In this document: positions 35,421 to 49,295 of the stretch, piece by piece
Layout: every line of letters starts with the position of its first letter
Position numbering within the stretch: position 1 is the stretch's first letter
Origin: Chiloscyllium plagiosum
Lineage: Eukaryota
DNA length: 64,000 nt
Direction of reading: 5' to 3'
Assembly: GCF_004010195.1 (NCBI RefSeq)
Contig: NC_057732.1
Span: forward strand, 51,813,527 to 51,877,526
Notes under the pieces: generated by a model
Seen by the model: the letters and a program-made list of their open reading frames with translations, nothing else
What the model was told of the DNA's origin: nothing
Database searches by the model: none
Position numbers and translations under genes: made by a program

Positions 35421-35937
35421 TCCATCATCAACTCCATAGATTTATCACATTCACTGCAACATTGTGTGAAGGGTTAGTTTTAAACCTATCCCTTCTTCAA
35501 ACAAAAAAAAACAGATTTTGCTTTTGGAATCTAGTCACATTGACATTAGTGAATGCTATGTAGGACACTGAGTAAAGCTTTAGAAAGTTTTAGTTGTTTA
35601 GTCCTTCCTACACGTATCATTTTCACTATCCAGTTGTCTTCCATGTATTGTGGGATATTTTTGTGGGATATTTAAAAAGTAATGTGAATTAATGTTTTCA
35701 CAACAGTGAAATTAAGCAGTTATTGTTTGACAATGTAGAGGGATTCAGTAACAGCTTTGGTCATCTAAACTATAATTGGTAATGGGTTGGCTTAGCAGCA
35801 TTATAGACTACATCATAATGGTTATAGATTTAGCTGCTTAGGATATAATATGTTTGATATCTGCAGCCTTATTCCGTTCCATTACTGTATAAAGTTACTA
35901 GTCAGGTTAACAGAGTGCTATTTGTATATATCCACAG

Positions 35938-36053
35938 TCTTCGAATGAAGTTGAAGCATTGAAATTGCAAGTGATGTTATTAGTAAAAGACTTGCAGGGA
36001 TCCCAGAAAAAGCTGGATGAAGCTGAACGAATGAAGAAATCTCTTAATGAGAG
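35938..36053 (+). CDS. OPTN: Optineurin exon (SSNEVEALKLQVMLLVKDLQGSQKKLDEAERMKKSLNER)
   Basis: ccacAG and GAG|GTAAGA; matches human EVEALNLQV...EAELMKKRLQEK. Confidence 0.95.
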
Positions 36054-37965
36054 GTAAGAAATATAGTTGAAAAATGGATCAGTAAGTTGAAGCTTGAGAA
36101 ACTATTTTTAATACTTGAGGTATCGTGAATATTATCAAAGTTGAATGGAGGGCCTGCTGCAGACCACCCCAACAACATTTGAACAGAACTTCAGTTGCTT
36201 TGTCTTGCAAAAGTATACTTGGGTATCATTGAAACATTAATTCTCTAATGATTTAATAGCCTCCAATATTCAGTAAAAGTGGAGAAACCCTTTCCCAGAG
36301 GAAAGGAGAGGAAGTTGCCACTAACTTCATTAACAATTGATCATAAAGTATTACAAGTCTGCGTGGATTTCTGACAAAAGACATAACATAAGCTACTGGT
36401 GTTCCCTGTCCAGAGTCTCTTTGAAATAAATCTGTCAGCCTTACGGCTGTCCCTAAATAACTTTATCTGTGTCTGTTTCAAATCTCTTGAGTGTAATCTT
36501 ATATCCATGGCCCTTGCCTTAAGCTTCTCAATTACTCGAAATGGTCTGTTCTTTACAGGTGCCATATAATCAAGCCATGTTTTAATTCTGTACATGATCT
36601 TCAGAAACCTTCTGTGGGGTCTTGGCAAAGGCTTTGAATTCATTTACACAAAATCTATATAATTTTCGTCATCTGTCTGCAACTTCCTCAAGTTCATAAT
36701 TTTGGAATACTGTACATATGGTTTAAAATCTGTGCTGATAGATACTCATTTTAGTTTGACGCTGTGGTAATTTCCCTGCTAAAAGTGTCAATTGTCCTAT
36801 AATGACCTAGATTGGTTCCTTCTCTTTATACGCAATGCACTACATCCAAACTCAATGGATGAAATAAAACTCATAAGGCCTCATTAGTGCCCTGTTTAAT
36901 CTCTGTTGAATTTCTAGGCCTTCACCCATTAGGGTTTTCCTGATGAAAGGCTTTTGCCCGAAACGTCGATCCTCCCGCTCCTCAAGTGCTGCCTGACCTG
37001 CTGTGCTTTTCCAGTACCATATGCTCAATACTTTCTTTGTACTCTTCTTATAAGGATTGGCAATTTAGGGTATGGGATTAACCCTCACTCACACTGTAAC
37101 CATCTTCAATTTGTAGTGTGTATTTGTACCACAACATCTGTGGAATGCCAAGGAGCAGGTCACCTCATGGCTAGAAAATGCTGCATGTGCGGTGACACTC
37201 ATGTCAATATTTAACATTTTATACATGTGAATCATCAGAAGCTTCTTTTTGGTTTTATTCTATCAAAAAGGATATTTGAACTTCAGTGGCATAAAACAAA
37301 TTCTATATCCTTCACTCACTATGTTCAGTATAGAATATTCATGGAATCCTTAATGGGTAAATCAGCCAGAGTACAGTCGTTTAAGACATTGTCATTTAAT
37401 TCTGTGGCCTGTTGTTAACAGTTCTCAGTAATTTTCTGATGCAAGAACAAGTTCTCAATCATTATTTATAAACTACGAGCAAAATATTGCCTGATGCTAC
37501 TTCAGTGTGGGAATGGATATTTAAAATACGTAGTTAAATTTTAATATGCTTGTGAATTGATGAGGAACAAATAGGATGTAAAAATCACAAACTCTATGAC
37601 AAAAATGCAAGCTTTTTAAACCTATTGTTCTCTTTGCTCTCTTATATGGTTCCATGCCATAAACATCCTCCTGTATAGGTATTATTATCTGTAGAAAGTA
37701 ATTGGATGGTTTATCCCAACAAAAACATCGAAAAAAATTATGCATATGCTTATGATATTATCAAAACATTTTGATGGAACAAAATACCAATCAATGTCAA
37801 ACTGGTTTGAGGAATGCAAAACATTGGTCCAAAACTAAATTTAATCTAAAATGAAGATTTTAACCACTGGTAGCCCTAAGAAGTTGAATTGTTTCCTTTG
37901 GTTTTTATTAACTTTTATCATTGTTAATGGGTGCAACAAAATTCTAACCACTTCTTCTCTTTCAG

Positions 37966-38136
37966 ATGTCTTGATTTGGAACAACAGCTAGCAAACAACC
38001 AAGTGACCATGGAGGAGAAAAGGCAGCTTATGTTTTCCAATGAAAAGTTGAAGCTGCAAGTGGAAAGCTCACAATCAGAGCATCAGATTGATCAGATGAA
38101 AATAGCAGATGAAAAAATAAAACTAGCAGAGGAAAA
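37966..38136 (+). CDS. OPTN: Optineurin exon (CLDLEQQL...EKRQLMFSNEKLKLQVESSQSE...AEEK)
   Basis: ctttcAG and AA|GTAAAT; phase 2 to 2; matches human KLELQVES. Confidence 0.9.
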
Positions 38137-39099
38137 GTAAATTTTCTTTTCATGTTTGTCATGTTCCAAATTTGAAAAAGTCATGGCACTCCAACATTAC
38201 CTGAATTTGTATAGTGCTGTTTCACCTCAACATATTATAAAGTGCTTAATTGCAATAAATTATGAAAGTGTATTGCAGAATAAGGCAGCAGACATTTTGT
38301 TAGAGACAAACTAACTGCAGATGCTGGAATCCAAAATGGACCGGCAGGAGGCTGGAAAATCACAGCAAGCAAAGCAGCATTAGGAGATGGAGAAGTTGAC
38401 GTGTCGCTTCTTTACGTCGACTTCTTCACCTCTTGATGCTGCCTAGCTTGCTGTGTTCTTCCAGCCTCCTGTCTGTCTGGCAAGCATTTTGTTCCAGTCA
38501 TGTCCCACAAAGGTGCAGTAAGAATGAGATGAATGACTAATTTGTGTTGAAATGATCTCATGATACATATTACCACACGATCTTTGACATCCATGTGAAT
38601 TAGCTTTAAAATCATAAAGTAATACGGCATGGAAACAGACCTTTCGATCTAATCAGTCTATGCTGACCAAATCTCAAACTAGTCCCTCCTGCCTGCGCTT
38701 GGCCCATATCTCTCCAAACATTTCCTATTCATATACTTACCTAAATTTCTTTTAAACATTGTAACTGTACCTATATCCACTACTTCTTTCATTCCACACA
38801 CGGACCACTCTGTTAAAAAGTCTTACCAATACATAGCGTCTCACTACCACAATGGGATATCAGTCTGCATGATGAGCTGAAATTCTGGCTTGAAATTTGT
38901 TTTCCGTCCAGCTGGTGAGAATGCTGGGAAATTAGGGGACCTGGATGGAGAAGAACAACAGATGGGCATTAATGTTAAAATAAGTTATTTTCTGAATTTA
39001 TTACCTTTTAATATTTATGCAAACAAAATATTTTGTATAAATATTTAAATAAAAACATAATTCATTTAGTAATTCCTTATTTTACTTCTACCTAAACAG

Positions 39100-39193
39100 A
39101 AGAAAACTCGCACAGATCCAAGAGGCCTATAATAATTTGTTTCAAGAATACAATGACCTTAAGAAGGCTAATGAAGAAATGAAAGTTAAAGAG
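39100..39193 (+). CDS. OPTN: Optineurin exon (RKLAQIQEAYNNLFQEYNDLKKANEEMKVKE)
   Basis: aacAG and GAG|GTATGT; phase 2 to 0. Confidence 0.9.
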
Positions 39194-39613
39194 GTATGTA
39201 CATTATTTGGGAAATACGATTTTGGCATTTTTTGTGCTGCGCACTTTTTTTTAGAAATTCAGTACTTTTATCTTGCCCTTTTTCAGTACAGTTCACTCAA
39301 ATTTAGAGTTTCTATTTGTAAATAGGCTGAACAGTTTTGAAGTCCTAACATGAATAGTCAGTGTAAATGTCTACTATTGAATATCTTGGATAGAAACTAG
39401 TGCTGTACTCCTTTTAGGATGCAGCTATAGACAAGGGCTGTTAAATGTTTTCATGTAATTTAATTTTTATCGTTTGTTCATGTTACGTTTCGAATTGTTA
39501 AAACACTGTTCATCAGCTGTAAACAGAGGAACTTAGCACTTTTTGTTAAGTGTCAACCTAAATGAAGTGGTCTCTGGTTAACCATAGTGTGTGTTAACTA
39601 GTGAAGTATGAAA

Positions 39614-39793
39614 CTAGGAGAAAGTGAGACTGCAGACACTGGAGATCAGAGTGTGGTGCTGGAAAAGCACAGCCGGTCATGCAGCATCCAAGGAGCAGGA
39701 GAATTCCTGCTGAAGGGCTTATGCTCAAAACGTCGACTCTCCTGCTCCTTGGATGCTGCCTGACCGGCTGTGCTTTTCCAGCACCACACTTTG
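39614..39793 (-). mobile_element. 180-bp hairpin PLE derivative with 17-bp TSD
   Basis: TSD ACTAGTGAAGTATGAAA at 39597-39613 and 39794-39810. Confidence 0.85.
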
Positions 39794-41076
39794 ACTAGTG
39801 AAGTATGAAAGTCTGTTTTAGGCAGTGTACAGAAGGACGAGCACATGATGTCTTAATTGAACTTGGATCCCTGGTGCTGTGAGGCAGCAGTGCTAACTAC
39901 TGAGCCACTGTGCCGTAATTAACAATACTGGGTGGTGTCAGTAAATCCGTGCCAAAATGCTATATTTCCATGCTTAGTGTGTACTTTCATTGATTTCTTT
40001 CGAGTTAGGTAGGCAGACCATAGCACATCAAATTTTGTGTTTTTATTTTTAAATGGGTATTTTAATCCATTTATGTGCAGTCAAGCCCGTGGCACAGATT
40101 TGTCTTGGTATAATAGCTTCAAGTAGTTTCCTTGAATCTCGCTTGGTGCCTGAAGTCGTGTACTCTGCATTTCACGATGGTGATTGAGAGAAACAAAGCT
40201 CACTCACTTCAATAATTTCAGTCCGAGACAAGATCTGAATCAGTAGTACTCTTGCAAGAGGGTGCGATGTCCACTGTCTACAAGGCAGGGATACACACAC
40301 ACTGAATTCAACGAATACACGATATTTATGCAATTTGGTTCCTATTTTTTTTATCCCATTGCTCCTCCCCATTTACATCTTCCACTTCTCTAAGACTGGC
40401 ACCCATTACTCCTGTTTATCGCTTGCCTTATCCGGCCTTGTCTGTGACAAAATGCTTATTTCTGGCCTCACAAGGCCGTTTGACCACATCCCGCTGTGGC
40501 CCATTGTTAGGTATATTCTTTCTTCACCATTATCTACTCCCTCCATCTGTGCTTTCCCCAACCATACTGATCCTTATGACCTTTTAATTGGGGTTTGTTC
40601 CTGTGTTTCTGTAAAAGTGGGAAACAGATGCTTATAACTACTGCTTGTGCAAGCATATCTGGCTTAACCTACATCCTCACAGCACCTTATCTATTTGTCT
40701 GTAACATCTACAATTGTTTTGCAGTCACATTTCATTCTTGCATACAATTTTAGCTATTACATAAACAATTATGTATTTCCTCCACATAGTTTGCATTCTT
40801 GTTGACTCAGCTCTTAGTTGAAACAATTACACACTGGTTTGAGTTCATTTACCTTGCACAAGTAATTATAATTACAGAAGTAACACTACTTTATCTATAT
40901 CCCACAGTGATGATTTGTTGAATCTTAGATGTACATCTCACCTGGAGTAGCAATCCAGATTCAATTAAGTGCTGTTTGTTTCTCTGAACTCCACAGTATA
41001 GAGCAAAAAATGATATTTTTCATTCTTGTTCTGACTTGACAATTATAGCAAAGCTAACTGGTATTAATATACAGTA

Positions 41077-41118
41077 GCTGAAAATGTGTTGCTGAAAAAG
41101 CACAGCAGGTCAGGCAGC
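41077..41118 (-). mobile_element. 42-bp PLE-tail micro-insertion with 14-bp TSD
   Basis: TSD ATTAATATACAGTA at 41063-41076 and 41119-41132. Confidence 0.8.
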
Positions 41119-41374
41119 ATTAATATACAGTATTCCCAGTTATACATTAGCAATTTATACATCTAATAGTTTTTTTTTTACACTTCTGCTTCACTAATAA
41201 ATATCTGAATATCATTGTTCATGGTAATCTATCTGCTGAAATGTATTTCATAGAAAATACAGATTTCTAACTGATCATTAAGTTAACCATGTACTTGGTG
41301 AGTTTGCAAAATGTTAAGGTCCAAGATATGAATAGTCCATTGTTATAAGTTGCCTCCCAGATATAAAAGAAAAC

Positions 41375-41680
41375 TGGGTGGCACAGTGGTTAGCACTGCT
41401 GCCTCACAGCGCCAGAGACCTGGGTTCAATTCCCGCCTCAGGCAACTGTTTGTGTGGAGTTTGCACATTTTCCCAGTGTCTGCGTGGGTTTCCTCCGGGT
41501 GCTCCGGTTCCTCCCAAGGTCCAAAAATGTGCAGGTTAGGTGGATTGGCCATACTAAATTGCCTCTAGTATTAGATGAAGGGATAAATGTAGGGGAATGG
41601 GTCTGGGTGGGTTGCTGTTCGGAAGGTCGGTGTGGACTTGTTGGGCCGAAGAGCCTGTTTCTACACTGTAAGTAATCTAA
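41375..41680 (+). mobile_element. HE1-type V-SINE
   Basis: Family consensus. Confidence 0.9.
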
Positions 41681-42406
41681 AACAGACTGTGTAGTAGACC
41701 TTCAAAATCTCACTCTGATTCCTCAACCATGAAGGTTAGGACAGCCCATCATCATGACAGTCTGAGAGACAGCAGCATGATTAGCTGATAATGTTTCACA
41801 GATAGCATCACTTGTATTCAACAATTAATTTGTCTATCTGTGTTATTAAACAAAATGGAACATATACAGTGAAGTTTGTGTACCACAGATCAGATCATGT
41901 CCCTGTGTTTTTTTTTGTTGAATAAGCTAATTTAACACTTAAGTAAGCAGAGTGAACTCCAGTTCATGAAAATTAAGCTGGAAAGCCTCAGTTAAGTAAA
42001 GATTTAAAAGCTGAGATTTTTCTGGGATTGAGTCACTGGAATGGATGTTATTTGGAAACAGATTGAAACCTTATTTTGATGTTTGCATTTGTTATAACTT
42101 TAATGTGTAGCTCTGTTTTCTTTTTCTTGTGTAATAAAATGATGTTCTTTTATTAAGGAACATCTGCAGCCTTGTATGAAAATCTTTGTGACTAACCATC
42201 ATAACCAATTGCAAAAATTAAATATATAATGTATCCATCTAAGTTAGCAGGTATGAGAAAATTCTAAAACAGAAAAAGTTGAAAATACTCAGCTTTGCAA
42301 ACATAGCGTCTTTGAAAAGATTTGACAAATCATTTGTCCAGTAAAATCTGGCTTTTTCTTAAACTGGCTAACTGGTTCAGTGGCTTGAGAGGTACACAGT
42401 CTCCAG

Positions 42407-42729
42407 TGGGGCAGCACAGTGGCTCAGCGGTTAGCACCGCTTCCTCACAGTGCTAGGGACCTGGGTTCGATTCCAGCCTTGGGCGACTGTCTGTGTGGAG
42501 TTTGCACATTCTCTCCATGTCTGCGTGGGTTTCCTCCCACAATCCAAACATGTGCAGGTTCGGTGAATTGACCATGCTAAATTGCCTAAATAGATGTGTG
42601 GGTTGGGTGAATTAGTCAGGGGAAAATGTAGAGTAATAGGGTAGGATACTGGTCTGGGTGGGATGCACTTCGGAGGGTTGGTGTTGATTTATTGGGCCGA
42701 AGGGCCTGTTTCCACACTGTAGGGATTCC
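42407..42729 (+). mobile_element. HE1-type V-SINE
   Basis: Family consensus. Confidence 0.9.
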
Positions 42730-43095
42730 ATAATTCCAGAGGTTGTTGATCAATTTATGTTACAACATTGTTTGCTTTGCACAATTAGTATCACCAGAAT
42801 TTTGTGGTTTTGCACATTACTGACCAATAATTGACTAAATTGTTGGTGTGATGGTTGTTACTATAATGTTAATCTTACTTTTTTCCTTGTCTCCTTCTTA
42901 CTCTTTTATACCCAGTTTAATTGTCTGAAATTCCTTATCAGTGACTTCCCCAGTTTTTCTCAACCCTTCAGTCTCGTTGGTGAAGGAAACAGACAGATGG
43001 TCCCACTCTTCACTGAATTCCCAAATACCCCATTTCCTCCTTGGTAATTCACTGCAAGTTAAAGTTTTAGACAAACTCTAGGCATACATTTTCTA

Positions 43096-43295
43096 TGATT
43101 TGGAGATGACGGCGTTGGACTGGGGTGTACAAAGTTAAAAATCACACTACACCAGGTTATAGTCCAACAGATTTAATTGGAAGCACTAGCTTTTGGAGCA
43201 TCAGGCAACCACCTGATGAAGGAGCAGCGGTCCGAAAGCTAGTGCTTCCAGTTAAACCTGTTGGACTATAACCTGGTGGAGTGATTTTTAACTTT
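43096..43295 (-). mobile_element. 200-bp hairpin PLE derivative with 12-bp TSD
   Basis: TSD ATACATTTTCTA at 43084-43095 and 43296-43307; CTGATGAaggagcagcggtccGAAA core. Confidence 0.85.
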
Positions 43296-45214
43296 ATACA
43301 TTTTCTAGTTAGAGTTTTATTTACATCTCTATGACTATAACTATCTGCATACTATAAAACACAGCTACGTCCTGGCAGATTCTCCTTTACATGCATTTGA
43401 ATATTGTTGCTAAAATCAGAAAACTAAATTGAAAGTAAAAGCAGAACCTGTTTCTTCTGGTCCTACCAATGCACCACCCTGTTTGAGCATTTGTAACGAA
43501 AGAAAACTGAAGATTAAATTAAAATGTCACTGGGGGGGGAGGCGGAATGTATCTTTGAATACAGTTAACTAATTAGTTCACAACACGTGGTTGCTTTGTT
43601 TACTTCCATATCATTAATCAGCTCATACCTCCAGTAAATTATAATGCGGAAGTTAAAGATGAAGGGTGCAAAAAGCTGGCTGTGCTCCAAAAAGGTCCAG
43701 CTCGTTATTCCAGGCATTGTCCTTTAGTAGAGTTTCAGTTTTTTATTTGCAGCAGTGCCAGTTACACTATTACCTACAGTTTAAAAGTTCCATTTTATAC
43801 TAACTGCTTCATTGCAGAGCAGGTGGACATTTGCTTACTCCTTTCACCACTACAAAAATGTATTCTTCAGTGTGCAAGCAAATCCGTAAGTTTATTATGT
43901 TGATCTGACTACATTCAAAATAAGGGCAAAGTAAAGCTGGGATTAAGAAGGTAGTTATGGGTGTTGTCCATAAAGTTTGGAATCACAGGAGCATAGTAAT
44001 AATCTGGAAAAGTTTCTGGACTGTAATTCAGTTTGAAAGGGTTTAAGGACCAACAAATTCAGTGCGATGAAACATGCATAATAGTTTTGCATTTGGATTT
44101 TGAAAGAGACGCAGATGAATATGAGTTAGTTCTGTGACCTCTTTTAAAATGTCAGAAAGTCATTATGGGTCAGTGACCTAATTGCATCAGTTCCAAACCT
44201 TGACTGCAGTCAGTGCTTGGCAGATGTCTGTAGTGTAAATGGCGATGTTTGTACACTTGAATTATGACAGGCAGAGTAAACAGAACAAAGCCATTAGTCT
44301 TGTGTTGACTTAGATTCAGAAGAAAACATGAACTTAGTTTAAAATGGAAAGTTTCTCTTGGCAGTAGTTTTTCAGTTCAGTTCAGGGGAACCTTCCGAAG
44401 TGTGTTCTAGTTCATGGTAAAGATCTTGTGTTAAGATCTTTACAAATATAATATAGCTCTGATTTCCTTTCTTTTGTGTAATAAAATTATGTCCTGTTGT
44501 TTAAAAAAAATCTACAACCTCAAATGAAAATGTTTCAGTGACTAGCCATCATTGTAGTCAACTACAAAAATTAAATATATAATTGTCAATCTGGGATCCG
44601 ACTTGTCCTACAATCAACTGGGGTCATAATAATCACACAACCTGTGTATGAATTTCAAAACAGAGACAGTAAAATCTGGGATGATGCGTTTGCAAGCCTT
44701 TAAAATGAATTATGCTGATTTTATATTGCTATTCTCACAGCTACCAAACCTTTTACACAAAAGGATTGGGAGATCTAGGGGTAAAATTGGTCTGTATTGA
44801 TAGTGTGAGGTGTCGTCATTGCAAATTGGTAACCAATTTTTTAACTCAGCAGTTTCAAGCCAAACGAAATGAAAGTCTTCAGTAAACTCTGAATTTCGGG
44901 CAAAAAAAGGAATCATCCGACAATTTATGATGAGTCTGATCACATTGCTGACATAGACTGATTTCAATCTCCCAAACCCCATTGCTTTTAATATTATTTC
45001 AGCAATCACTGTTCATGAATTTGCTATCCTATCTTTAATTATTATTTTCTCCCTTCTGTAATGGCTATTGCAAGTGTTCACTACGCAGTGTCTTGAACAA
45101 AGAGACTGAAAGATCATTTTCTTCCAAAATGTAAAACCTTTATGGCAAGAAATAGAAATTTGTGTAATTGTACCATTGCAACATTCTAAGCAAGATATTT
45201 TGATGCAACCTTTC

Positions 45215-45712
45215 CTAATAGAAGGATGTTGTGAAACTTGAAAGGGTTCAGAAAAGATTTATAAGGATGTTGCCAGGGTTGGAGGGTTTGAGCTACAGGG
45301 AAAGGCTGAACAGGCTGGGACTGTTTCCCTGGAGCATCGAGGCCGAGGGGTGACCTTACAGAGGTTTATAAAATCATGAAGGGCATGGATACGATAAATA
45401 GACATGGGGTGAGGGAGTCTAGAACTAGAGGGCATAGGTTTAGGGTGAGATGAGAAAGATATAAAAATGACCTATGGGGCAACTTTTTCATGCAGAGGGT
45501 GGTGTGTGTATGGAATGAGCTGCCAGAGGAAGTGGTGGAGGCTGGTACAATCACATTTAAAAGGTGTCTGGATGGGTATATAAATAAGAAGGGTTTAGAG
45601 GGATATGGGCCAAGTGCTGGCAGATGGGACAAGATTAGGTTAGGATATCTGGTCGGCATGGACGAGTGGGACCTAAGGGTCTGTTTCTGTGCTGTACATC
45701 TCTATGACTCTA
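45215..45712 (+). mobile_element. CR1/HER1 3' end
   Basis: QRVVCVWNELPEEVVEAGTITFKRCLD. Confidence 0.9.
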
Positions 45713-45979
45713 ATTCTGGTACGGTTTTGAAGTGATTGGATTTAAATGACCACTCTGCTACGTGAATGGTTGACCTTTGCTCCAAGAAGAAATTTCTCAA
45801 CCCTGTTCTTCCACTTTGTCCCTGTAACCCTTGATCCTCTTGACAATCAAGAACCTATTTATCTCTGTCTTAAATAAACTCAATGACCTTGCCTCCATAG
45901 CCTTCTGTGGCAATGAATTCCATAGATTCACCACTCACTGGTTGAAGAAGTTTCTCCTTATCTCCGTTCTAAAATGTGG

Positions 45980-46920
45980 AGGTGCCGTTGTTAGACCGGG
46001 GTGACAAAGTTAAAACACCAGGTTATAGTCCAACAGGTTTATTTGGAAGTACTAGCTTTCAGAGTGCTGCTCCTTCATCAGGTAACTATTGGGGCAGGAT
46101 CATAAGACACACAATTTATAGCAAAAGATCAGTGTTGTGCAATTAAAATGATACATTGAACAAACTAGATTGCTGTTAAGTTTTTCATGTTTTAGAATGG
46201 GTTACAGGTTTCAGTTCACTAATATGTAAATCCCAGAACAACTTTTAAGTCATATTCTTGAGATAACTTAAGGTTTTATATTTGGATATAGGTGACATTC
46301 AGCTCAGACAATGTATTAAAGGTGTAAGGTTAGAGTCTGTCTGTATCCTAATCTTGACTCAGACTGGTTCAGTCAGCAGAGTCTGATAGCTAAGTTCGGT
46401 CCCCATGAAAATGGCCTCAACCAGGACCTTGGTTTCATGTCACACTACAAGTGACCCCACTACAGTCATACACACTCTTACATACTCTCACACTCACACA
46501 GACCCTTTCTTGTAAACACATTCCGTCTCAAGACACATATATACACACCAACACACACACCCTCTCACAGGCTTATATTCCGTCGCAGTCAGGCACAAGC
46601 ATGCCCACGCAAACACACACTCTCTTTTCCCCCCAGCATGTACGCACACGCATACACACACAAGTCTATGGGGTGAATTTGCACTTGCAGAATTGTATTT
46701 TTGCTCAAAAAGCGCACAACCTGCAGCCAATCAATCCATATAACATTTTATAAACTCCTACTTTGGAGATAGAACCAGTCTGAATCAAGATTAGGATACA
46801 GACAGACTCTAACCTCATACCTTTAATATATTGTTTGAGCTGAGATGTCACTTTCTTTTAAAACCATAAGTTATCGAGAGTGTGACTTAAAAGAAGTTCT
46901 TGAATTTACGTATTTATGAG
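45980..46920. mobile_element. PLE with long inverted pseudo-LTR and GIY-YIG C-terminus (QSLIAKFGPHENGLNQDLGFMSHYK*)
   Basis: 46215-46370 is the reverse complement of 46771-46915; terminus shared with the 1883/43096 family. Confidence 0.75.
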
Positions 46921-47639
46921 AAGCACCATTCTTACAATTTCTAAGTAGTCTTTAGCTGAATGTTAATATTCATCAAGCGCCATTTTCCATCATCAACTGT
47001 AAAATTGCACTTCCAACAATTAACCAGAAGGAAAGAGTTTGTGGGTGGTATTATACATTCTAAAAAATATCTTTTCTATTAACATTTCCACAAAAGCAAA
47101 CTTTGAATCTTTCCATCTCTCCTTCAGAATTGCCTTTTGTTTTGAGGGGCAGCGCTATTGTTGGGATTGGGTTTTGCAATCTGCATAATGCAAAGAAAAA
47201 CTTGTATTTTTGCAGCCTCTTTCACAACTTCCGGGCATTTCAAAATGTGAAAGCGAATTTGTGCATACCAAATCCCAGAAACAGCAGTGTGCTAAGTACA
47301 AGAGAATCTGTAAAAAGAGAATTGTTGATCAGGGCTGATTCCCTTAGTCACCTTCAGAACAGTATAACATCTTTTAAGTCCGCCTAGGGGAAGGTGACGG
47401 CAAAGTGGCAGTGTAATCCAGAAGTCTGGGTTAATGTTCTGAGGACATAAATTCGAATTTCATCACAGAGCGTTAGTGAAATTTGAATTCAATTGAGAAA
47501 GCTGAAATGAAAAGCTAGCTTAATGGTGACTGTGTAACTACTGTTGATTGTTGTAAAAACCCATCTAGTTCAGAAATATCCTGGTGGGAAAGTATCTGTC
47601 ACCTTTTACCTGGTCCAACCTACACGTGATTCTCAATCG

Positions 47640-48900
47640 TTTGAAAAAATATGCCTATTTAGCAATAAGCAGCATGGTTTTGTGTGGAGAAGGTCACATC
47701 TCTCAAACTTGATTTAGTTTTTTTTAAAGAAAATGACAAAGATGCGGGCAGTGCGGTAAATGTCTATATGGACTTTAACAAGGTCCCTCATGCCTAGTTG
47801 ACACAAAACGTGAAGACACATGGGATCTGCAGTGAGCTGGTAAGATGGATACGGGACTGGCTTTGTCACAGATGACAGCGAGTAGCAGTGGGAGGATATT
47901 TTTCAGATTGGAGTTCTGTGACCAGTGATGTTCCACATGGATCAGTGGGATCCCTGTTGTTTGTAATATATGTAAATAATTTGAAGGAGAATGTAATTGT
48001 CTTGATTAGTAAGTTTGCAGACAACACTAAGATTGGGGGAGCTGCAGATATTGAGAAGGATTGCCAGAGCATACAGCAGGACGTGGGCTTGAGACTTGGG
48101 TGGAGAAATACCAGATGGAGTTTAATCTAGACAAATGTGAGGTGATGTATTTTGGAGATCTGTTGCAGGAGAGATACAGTAAATAGCAGAACCCTTTGTA
48201 GCATCAACATTGAAGAGAGCTAGGCATACAGTCCATAGCTCCCTGAAAGTTGCAACACAAGTGAATAAGGGGTCAAGAAGGCACAATGCGTGCTGCCTTT
48301 AGTGGTCAGGGCATACAGTATGAAGATTGACAAGTCATTTTGCAGCTGTATAGAACTTTAGTTAAGCCACATTTGGAATATTATGTACAGTTCTGGTCAT
48401 CACACTACTGGATGTGGAGGCTTTGGAAAGGGTATAGAAACAAGATGTTGCTTGGTTTGGAGGGTATCAGTATGAGGAGAGATTAGACAAAGAGGGTTTG
48501 CTTTCACTTGGAACATCGAAGGCTGAGGGGCAACCTGATAAAAGTTAACAAAATTATGAAAGGCATGGATAGAATGGAGTCCTTTTCCCAGGGTAGAAAT
48601 GTCCATTACAAGGGAACATAGGTCTAAGGTAAAAGGGTGTATGTTTAAAGGAGATGTGAGAGGTTTTTTTTACACAGACCATGCTAAATGCCTAGAATTC
48701 ACTGCCGGAGGTGCTGATAGAGGCAGATACAATGGTAACATTTAAGAGGTATCTTGAAAGATATATTAATAGGCAGGGAAGAGAGGGATGCAGACAGTGT
48801 AGAGGCAAAAGGTTTTTAGTTTAGAAAGGCATCACATGTCATTGTAGTTTTGATGAGCTGAAGGGCCTGTAGCTGTGCTGTACTGTTCTTTGCTACTTTG
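47640..48900 (+). mobile_element. Degenerate CR1 LINE (RT and 3' end)
   Basis: SDVPHGSVGSLLFVIY..ISKFADNTKIGG. Confidence 0.85.
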
Positions 48901-49160
48901 TTTCCATTACACTTCCCATTTAATCCTAGACCTCTTCCACACCTCCATCAATACGTGTGCAATAACAATTGTTCTGGGAAAACAAAATCTGATCAAATAT
49001 TGTAATTGCGTCTTAATATGGAATATTACTTGAAATTCTGTAACTCGGTGGTAAATATGGTGATATCACCTGAAAATATCTGCCTGGTAGCAGTTGTCAT
49101 CATTTTTTAGTATCAAATATGTTTTCTCTGAATCCCAATGTGATGTGTTAATATTAACAG

Positions 49161-49295
49161 AGTAAAAACTTGGAGAAAATCAATGATATATCTATTGACC
49201 TGGATGTAGCTAAAAGAACAATGGAAGCAAATCAGCAAGCCATTGTTGAACTAACGAGGACTGTTGAACAACAAGCAGACAACCTAAAAGCACAG
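49161..49295 (+). CDS. OPTN: Extra optineurin exon, a diverged duplicate of the following CC2 exon (SKNLEKINDISIDLDVAKRTMEANQQAIVELTRTVEQQADNLKAQ)
   Basis: ttaacAG and GCACAG|GTTAGA; 135 nt, phase 0 to 0, no stops, heptad pattern; 14/45 identities to the next exon. Confidence 0.75.

Noticed and set aside
44710-45009. 99-aa minus ORF as a nested gene
   Set aside because: No recognisable motif or splice context; probably an old repeat
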